A stretch of DNA of 53,137 nt from a virus. Lineage: Duplodnaviria; Heunggongvirae; Uroviricota; Caudoviricetes. The stretch is taken from IMG/VR virus record IMGVR_UViG_2645727867_000003; one strand, given 5' to 3'. Under the pieces are notes generated by a model that was not told the DNA's origin, ran no database searches, and saw nothing but the letters and a program-made list of their open reading frames with translations. Positions 46,887-53,137 of the stretch are shown here, piece after piece; the first letter of the stretch is position 1; every line of letters starts with the position of its first letter. The position numbers and the translations under genes were made by a program.

Positions 46887-47294
46887 ATGGATACAAAAAA
46901 TTTAACCATTGGCGAACGCATTAGACATCGCCGAAAAAACCTCAAATACACCCAAAGGTCTCTTGCTAAAGCCCTGAAAATTTCTCATGTATCGGTTTCA
47001 CAATGGGAACGGGATGTTAGCGAACCTACAGGGAAGAATCTTTTTGCCCTCAGCAACGTACTGCAGTGCTCGCCAACATGGATTCTATTTGGCGATGAAG
47101 ACAAGCAGCCATCACCACCTATTGAGGAGCCAGTTGCTCTATCCCCCAAAGAACATGAGCTCCTTGAGCTTTTTAATGCATTGCCTGAATCAGAACAGGA
47201 TGCTCAGCTCACCGAGATGCGCGCCCGAGTAAAAAATTTCAACAAACTCTTTGAAGAGTTATTAAAAGCCCGTCAACGAACAAACAAAAGATAA
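46887..47294 (+). CDS. dicA: DicA-like CI-type repressor (XRE HTH)
   Basis: MDTKNLTIGERIRHRRKNLKYTQRSLAKALKISHVSVSQWER… 135 aa, near-identical to E. coli DicA as recalled. Confidence 0.9.
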   Translation: MDTKNLTIGERIRHRRKNLKYTQRSLAKALKISHVSVSQWERDVSEPTGKNLFALSNVLQCSPTWILFGDEDKQPSPPIEEPVALSPKEHELLELFNALPESEQDAQLTEMRARVKNFNKLFEELLKARQRTNKR

Positions 47295-47458
47295 CGCAAT
47301 CAATGCGTTATCTTTTTGGCTGACAAAAATGTTAGCCATGGCAAACAAAACACTTGACCGAACTGTTAGCCATGACTAATCTTGCTTACATCAAGACACC
47401 GCACGGTGTTCTCAGCAAACAGTTCCGCTACCCGGCGTTAAGGGCAAATGAGGTCAAC

Positions 47459-47611
47459 ATGGATACACTCAATCTTGGCAACAACGAATCTCTGGTATGC
47501 GGTGTGTTCCCTAACCAGGACGGCACGTTTACCGCGATGACATATACCAGAAGCAAAACGTTTAAAACTGAAGCTGGCGCGCATCGCTGGTTAGCCAGAA
47601 ACACTGACTGA
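47459..47611 (+). CDS. ydfA: YdfA-like small protein
   Basis: MDTLNLGNNESLVCGVFPNQDGTFTAMTYTRSKTFKTEAGAHRWLARNTD. Position after dicA as in Qin. Confidence 0.55.
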   Translation: MDTLNLGNNESLVCGVFPNQDGTFTAMTYTRSKTFKTEAGAHRWLARNTD

Positions 47612-47991
47612 TGAGGTTGACGATGGAATTTAAAGATTTACCAGTACCATTCCAGGATATGGCAGCGAATATAGTTCGTTCTCAACTGGCGACTCTTGAC
47701 CTGAGTACCGTAGAAAAAGAAACCATCGACAATATATCCCATAATGTGCGTAATGCCTTTATCAAGCTGTACGAAGAGAAGCTGAGTTCTGAAAACAAAG
47801 ATTATTCACCTAAATTCACCCCACCCCCAGGTGGAGTGAGTGAGATTTATCATGAAACAATGGTTAAAGCACTACGTATGCAAATAGCCGAACTTGAACA
47901 TAAATTAAATTTAGTTAGTAAGTGCCAAAATCAGCACAAGGCAAAAGGGTTGCACTTTCATCATAAGGGCAAACAAAAATGTGAGCATTAA
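47611..47991 (+). CDS. hypothetical protein (126 aa) in the repressor operon
   Basis: ORF directly after the ydfA-like gene. No recognisable domain. Confidence 0.4.
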   Translation: MRLTMEFKDLPVPFQDMAANIVRSQLATLDLSTVEKETIDNISHNVRNAFIKLYEEKLSSENKDYSPKFTPPPGGVSEIYHETMVKALRMQIAELEHKLNLVSKCQNQHKAKGLHFHHKGKQKCEH

Positions 47992-48217
47992 CACCAACTG
48001 AATTAGCAACAGAAAAGGTTTGTTCAAGTATTTGATTCGAATTGAGCGTTGACTGAATAACGTATGCCCCTGGCAACAATTTATATTCAACGTCACCTTC
48101 ATTAATCATCCTGGAGTATTTAAAATTTGGCATCAGAGTCTCGAACTTTTTCTCCTGTTCCATTGTTGCTTCAAATAACTGCACATGAACATAATATCGA
48201 TTTGATTTAGAGTGCAT
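47915..48217 (-). CDS. hypothetical protein (100 aa), convergent with the repressor operon
   Basis: SD GGAGGAT 5 nt before the ATG at 48217. AT-rich. Confidence 0.4.
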   Translation of the reverse strand: MHSKSNRYYVHVQLFEATMEQEKKFETLMPNFKYSRMINEGDVEYKLLPGAYVIQSTLNSNQILEQTFSVANSVGVNAHIFVCPYDESATLLPCADFGTY

Positions 48218-49244
48218 TTTATCCTCCATAGAGGTTCTGGGTTAAAAATGGAGACCAACACGCTGTCACGTGTGGTCGTGCGCCGGACACGGATAAGAAT
48301 CCGGCACTGACAGTTTACTGAAAGAACATATCCCTGAAAAGTCAGGGCATAACACGAAAGCGCACGGCGAAGTTAGTCTCTCTGTACAGGTCGTCGTTAA
48401 ATTTAATTCGATCGTGCGCTTCCGGTTGTGGCAATCCGCGAAATGGCGCGGCGGTAAGTATGGCTGGGGCTTCCTCCATTACTCCAGAAAATGCACCGGG
48501 TTGTCAGGTTGACCATACGCCTGAGTGACAACACCGCCACAACAATCTCTGTTATCACTTTTCTGGTGATTCGGCGGAAATGGATATCCGCCATTTTTAA
48601 AGTGTATTTTGTGATGCGGTGAATGCGGCTAAGCGCACGCGGAACAGTTAAAACAAGCGGTCTTTTACTGGCGTAACAGACATCAACTAACAATCCGGCG
48701 TTAATTGTTAACTGGTTAACGTCACCTGGAGGCACCAGACACCACATCACAAAATTCATTGTTGAGGACGCGATAATGGAAACGTCACTACCAAACGTTA
48801 ATACGTCTGAAGGGTGTTTTAATATTGGTATTCTGCTCAGTAACCGGGAGTTTACTGAGGACGCCATCAGGATGAGAAAATATGAGCCTTATCTTCTCAA
48901 TGATAATTCCATACTCTCCAGAATTGCCCTTCTTGAACTTGGCATTTTCGGAGGGCAGCAGTGAGTTCAGCGTTTGCACTGATGATGACGGTTTTTCTGA
49001 TAACAGGTGAGCCACAGAATGTGATTACCGGAATTTATGCCAGTAAAGAATCCTGCCATCAGGCAAGAGACGAGCAAAAAATTTCCGGTGAATGTCTCCC
49101 GTTAAACAAAGTATCGCTGTACCTGAATAACGAAATACCGGCTGGATAACCCACCAGCCATATTAACGCCATACCAACGGATTAAAAATGCCAGCAATGG
49201 CAGGGATTCGTTCACCCTGAAATCTGTAATGAGGTTTAAACACA

Positions 49245-51716
49245 ATGAGTAAAATATTTATTTGCGCCGCCATTCCTGACGAACAGGCAATAAAAAACGA
49301 GGGCGCTGTTGCTGTGGCCACTGCCATTGAAGCCGGTGATGAACGTCGCGCCCGCGCAAAATTTCACTGGCAATTCCTTGAACATTATCCGGCTGCTCAG
49401 GACTGCGCTTATAAATTTCTTGTCTGTGAGGATAAACCCGGTACACCCCGCCCAGCCCTCGACTCCTGGGATGCTGAATATATGCTGGAAAACCGCTGGG
49501 ATGAGGCGTCTGCTTCCTTTGTCCCGGTCGAACCTGAATCAGATCCGATGAACGTCACTTTTGACAAGCTGGCCCCTGAAGTACAGAACGCTGTCATGGT
49601 TAAGTTCGATACATGTGAAAACATCACCGTTGATATGGTGATTAGCGCACAGGAATTGTTGCAGGAAGACATGGCAACCTTCGACGGACATATCGTGGAA
49701 GCTTTGATGAAAATGCCAGAAGTTAACGCCATGTATCCGGAGCTTAAGCTGTATGCCATCGGGTGGGTTAAGCATAAATGTAAGCCTAGTGCCAAATGGC
49801 CAGAAATTCAGGCAGAGATGCGCACCTGGAAAAAACGTCGCGAAGCAGAACGAAAAGAAACCGGGAAACATACTTCTGTTGTTGAGCTGGCCCGCGCCAG
49901 AGTCAACCAACAGCACACTGAAAACTCAGCAGCAAAAATCAACCCTGTCACTACTGCCATTCGTCGCGAATACAAGCAGACATGGAAAACCCTGGATGAA
50001 GAGCTGGCTTACGCTCTCTGGCCTGGTGATATTGATGCCGGAAACATTGACGGTACCATCCATCGCTGGGCTAAAAATGAGGTTATCGACAAGGATCGCG
50101 AAGACTGGAAGCGTATCTCTGCATCAATGCGCAAACAGCCTGATGCGCTTCGCTATGACCGTCAGACTATTTTTGGCCTTGTTCGTGAGCGCCCGATCGA
50201 CATTCACAAAGATCCCGTTGCACTGAACAAATACATCAGCGAATACCTGACGACAAAGGGCGTGTTTGAACATGAAGAAACAGACCAGAGCTCTGCTGAT
50301 GCTATCCTGTCGTCAGCAGCACAAACTGATCCAGTGGAGACGGCGGAATCCAATTCTCAAAAAAATGAAATCCTGGTGGAAGCTGAACCATCTGTAGAGC
50401 GTGAAGGACCGTTTTATTTCGTCTTTACCGATAAGGACGGGGAAAAATACGGCAGGGCAAACAAACTTTCTGGCCTGGACAAGGCGCTGGCTGCCGGTGG
50501 TACCGAAATCTCAAAAGAAGAATATTTTGCCCGAAAAAATGGCACATATACGGGCTTACAGCAAAATACAGATACCGCAGAAGATTCAGAACAACCAGAG
50601 CCGGTAAAAGTTACCGCTGACGAAGTAAACAAAATTATGCAGGCAGCCAATATCAGCCAGCCTGACACCGATAAATTGCTTGCTGCATCACGTGGTGAAT
50701 TTGTTGAAGGGATTAGCGACCCGAATGATCCGAAATGGGTTAAGGGGATTGAAACCCGCGATTCTGTGAACCAGAACCAGCCCGAATCGGAACAAAACGA
50801 CCAGAAAGCGGAACAAAACAGTCCAAATGCGTTACAAAACGAGCCAGAAACGAAACTGCCTGAACCAGAAGTGCAACAAGAACCGGAAAAAGTTTGCACC
50901 GCATGCGGTCAGACCGGTGGCGGCAACTGTCCTGACTGTGGTGCGGTGATGGGGAACGCAACCAACCAGGAAACATTCGATGAAGAGAATCAGGCTGAAG
51001 CTCAGGAAAATGATCCGGAGGAAATGGAAGGCACTGAACATCTGCACAAGGAGAACACTGTCAGCGATCAGTATCACGCCAGCGATAATAAAACTGGCGA
51101 GACAGCAAATCCCTTAATTAAAGTGAACGGTCATCATGAAATCACATCCACCAGCAGGTTGTGGCACCATCTGATGATTGACCTTGAAACAATGGGAAAA
51201 AATCCTGATGCGCCAATAAACGCTATAGCCGGTAAGTTTTTTGATCCGGCAACCGGAGAGATGGGGCCAGAATTCAGCAAAACTATCGATCTGGAAACCG
51301 CAGGCGGGGTCATCGATCGGGGCACCATTAAGTGGTGGCTGAAACAGTCACGCGAAGCACAATCCGCCATTCTGACCGATGAAATCCCGTTGGATGATGC
51401 ACTGCTGCAATTCCGGGAATTTATCGACGAAAACTCCGGTGAATTTTTTGTTCAGGTCTGGGGTAACGGTGCAACTTTCGACAACGTGATTTTACGCCGT
51501 TCATATGAACGGCAGGGGATCCCCTGCCCGTGGCGTTACACCAATGATCGCGATGTAAGAACGATGGTTGCTCTGGGACTGGTGATGGATTTCGACGCAA
51601 GAACGACTATTCCATTCGAAGGTGAACGCCATAACGCGCTGCACGATGCGCGTTACCAGGCAAAATACGTTTCAGCCATCTGGCAAAAACTGATCCCGAG
51701 TCAGGCTGATTTTTAA
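49245..51716 (+). CDS. large early protein with C-terminal DnaQ-like (DEDDh) 3'-5' exonuclease domain and central Cys4 zinc ribbon
   Basis: C-terminal motifs MIDLETMG (Exo I), VWGNGATFD (Exo II), HNALHDARY (Exo III); CTACGQ…CPDCG zinc ribbon; acidic linker. Confidence 0.7.
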   Translation: MSKIFICAAIPDEQAIKNEGAVAVATAIEAGDERRARAKFHWQFLEHYPAAQDCAYKFLVCEDKPGTPRPALDSWDAEYMLENRWDEASASFVPVEPESDPMNVTFDKLAPEVQNAVMVKFDTCENITVDMVISAQELLQEDMATFDGHIVEALMKMPEVNAMYPELKLYAIGWVKHKCKPSAKWPEIQAEMRTWKKRREAERKETGKHTSVVELARARVNQQHTENSAAKINPVTTAIRREYKQTWKTLDEELAYALWPGDIDAGNIDGTIHRWAKNEVIDKDREDWKRISASMRKQPDALRYDRQTIFGLVRERPIDIHKDPVALNKYISEYLTTKGVFEHEETDQSSADAILSSAAQTDPVETAESNSQKNEILVEAEPSVEREGPFYFVFTDKDGEKYGRANKLSGLDKALAAGGTEISKEEYFARKNGTYTGLQQNTDTAEDSEQPEPVKVTADEVNKIMQAANISQPDTDKLLAASRGEFVEGISDPNDPKWVKGIETRDSVNQNQPESEQNDQKAEQNSPNALQNEPETKLPEPEVQQEPEKVCTACGQTGGGNCPDCGAVMGNATNQETFDEENQAEAQENDPEEMEGTEHLHKENTVSDQYHASDNKTGETANPLIKVNGHHEITSTSRLWHHLMIDLETMGKNPDAPINAIAGKFFDPATGEMGPEFSKTIDLETAGGVIDRGTIKWWLKQSREAQSAILTDEIPLDDALLQFREFIDENSGEFFVQVWGNGATFDNVILRRSYERQGIPCPWRYTNDRDVRTMVALGLVMDFDARTTIPFEGERHNALHDARYQAKYVSAIWQKLIPSQADF

Positions 51717-51780
51717 TGTTCAACCCCGGTCGTCGCCCGCAAGCTATAGTGGCGGCGACCATGATTAGCGAACAACGTTC

Positions 51781-52029
51781 ATGGCAAGACTTATTCTGCT
51801 CACTGAGTGGGCAAAAGAGGAATTCAGTGAACCGGTCCCTACTCCGGGCACGTTAAGTAAATACGCTAAAGCCGGAATGATATTTCCTCTCCCCAAAAAA
51901 GTTGGAAGACACTGGCGAGTGGATCCTCGAGCTCGCTTTGTCGGAATGGTAAACAAGCCGGAAGTGATCGCCACAGATCACCCTGCTTTGAAGAGGATAC
52001 TGGAAGATGGCGCGCCCACGAAAATATAA
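51781..52029 (+). CDS. xis: excisionase
   Basis: MARLILLTEWAKEEFSEPVPTPGTLSKYAKAGMIFP… Xis-like winged helix. Overlaps the int start. Confidence 0.75.
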   Translation: MARLILLTEWAKEEFSEPVPTPGTLSKYAKAGMIFPLPKKVGRHWRVDPRARFVGMVNKPEVIATDHPALKRILEDGAPTKI

Positions 52030-53137
52030 AACTGAAGTTCCGGGATTATCTCCGTATTTTGACAAAAGAAATAACAAAGTTTACTGGCGTTACAGGCATC
52101 CCATAACAGGAAAAAATCACGGGCTCGGCAGTATTGACCAGAAACAGGCAGAAGCTATTGCAGCAGAAGCGAACAGCCGTCTTGCCAGGCAACAAATGGA
52201 ACAAATGCTCACTCTGCAGGAGAAAATTATTCGTGATACCGGTGGTTCATCAACCGTTTCTGTTTTTCTGAATAGTTACCGAAAAATTCAACAGGAAAGA
52301 TATGAAAACGGAGAGATCAAACTCAACACACTGAAACAGAAAGCATCCCCTCTCAGGGTATTTGATGAACGTTTTGGTACCAGACCATTAGATGCCATAA
52401 CCGTAAAAGATGTGGTATCGGTGCTGGAAGATTACAAGGCAAAAGGACATAACAGAATGGGACAAATTTTCAGGAAAGTACTGATTGATGTTTTCCGGGA
52501 GGCCCAGCAAACGGGCGATGTCCCGCCTGGCTTTAACCCTGCAGAATCGGCAAAAAAACCACAGGTACGGATATCACGGCAACGACTGACCTTTGATGAG
52601 TGGATGATGATTTATAATGCAGCGGAAAAGGATGGCTACTTTTTACAGCGTGGTATGCTGCTGGCACTGATGACAGGCCAGCGCCTTTCAGATATTTGCA
52701 AAATGAAATTTTCGGATATCAGGGATGGTTATCTTCATGTCGAACAGCAAAAAACAGGAACCCGGATTGCCATCCCTCTGGCTCTGCGTTGCGATAAATT
52801 AAATCTCACCCTGGATGATGTGGTGTCATCCTGTCGCGATTGCGTTCTTAGTCCGTGGCTATTGCACCACCATCATGCTAAAGGGACAGCTAAGCGCGGC
52901 GGGATGGTTAAGCCAGCAACGTTGACAGTTGCATTTAAAAAAGCCCGGGATTCTGTGGATTACAACTGGCGCGCTAATGGCACTCCACCCTCTTTCCATG
53001 AGCAGAGATCTTTATCAGAGCGATTGTTCAGGGAGCAGGGAATTGATACCCAAATTTTGCTGGGTCATTCGAATCAAAAAATGACCGATATTTACAACGA
53101 TGTACGCGGTAAAGAGTGGAAAAAACTGGTCATTTGA
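52007..53137 (+). CDS. int: tyrosine integrase (lambda Int family)
   Basis: 376 aa. C-terminal catalytic region with …LLGHSN…MTDIYN… and conserved R/H/Y context. Stop at the window end. Confidence 0.9.
   Translation: MARPRKYKTEVPGLSPYFDKRNNKVYWRYRHPITGKNHGLGSIDQKQAEAIAAEANSRLARQQMEQMLTLQEKIIRDTGGSSTVSVFLNSYRKIQQERYENGEIKLNTLKQKASPLRVFDERFGTRPLDAITVKDVVSVLEDYKAKGHNRMGQIFRKVLIDVFREAQQTGDVPPGFNPAESAKKPQVRISRQRLTFDEWMMIYNAAEKDGYFLQRGMLLALMTGQRLSDICKMKFSDIRDGYLHVEQQKTGTRIAIPLALRCDKLNLTLDDVVSSCRDCVLSPWLLHHHHAKGTAKRGGMVKPATLTVAFKKARDSVDYNWRANGTPPSFHEQRSLSERLFREQGIDTQILLGHSNQKMTDIYNDVRGKEWKKLVI

Noticed and set aside
48403-48867. 154-aa minus-strand ORF upstream of the exonuclease operon
   Set aside because: Arg/Ser/Ile-rich odd composition, no SD, and it overlaps a region that reads better as plus-strand leader and small ORFs; treated as non-coding.

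Overview
This window is a nearly complete lambdoid prophage with a mosaic, Escherichia-type gene set. Late genes run on the minus strand from a Q-like antiterminator (~39.0 kb) through an accessory island, a phage-21-type lysis cassette, HNH/terminase, an HK97-type head module and a lambda-type tail module (H, M, L, K, I, J, lom, stf) down to ~1 kb. The right end (42–53 kb) carries hokD-like and higBA-like toxin–antitoxin loci, a replication module (O-like, DnaC-like), a DicA/DicC immunity switch, a DnaQ-like exonuclease, excisionase and integrase. No Shiga toxin genes were seen; the position they usually occupy (between Q/tRNAs and nanS-p) holds other cargo. The most unusual content is non-coding: (i) four tandem promoter/terminator mini-units inserted between tail genes I and J, antisense to the tail operon; (ii) at 31.7–32.9 kb and again at 34.5–34.9 kb, a plus-strand sRNA-like unit followed by ~260-bp minus-strand structured repeats, each with a hypervariable internal hairpin. 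Other notable cargo: two lipoproteins resembling the C-terminal domains of TonB and TolA, an AraC-family regulator, a NanS-p-type esterase, two tRNAs, and a pinholin/endolysin pair split by two overlapping unknown genes. All calls rest on reading the translated ORFs and the sequence by eye; no database search was run.
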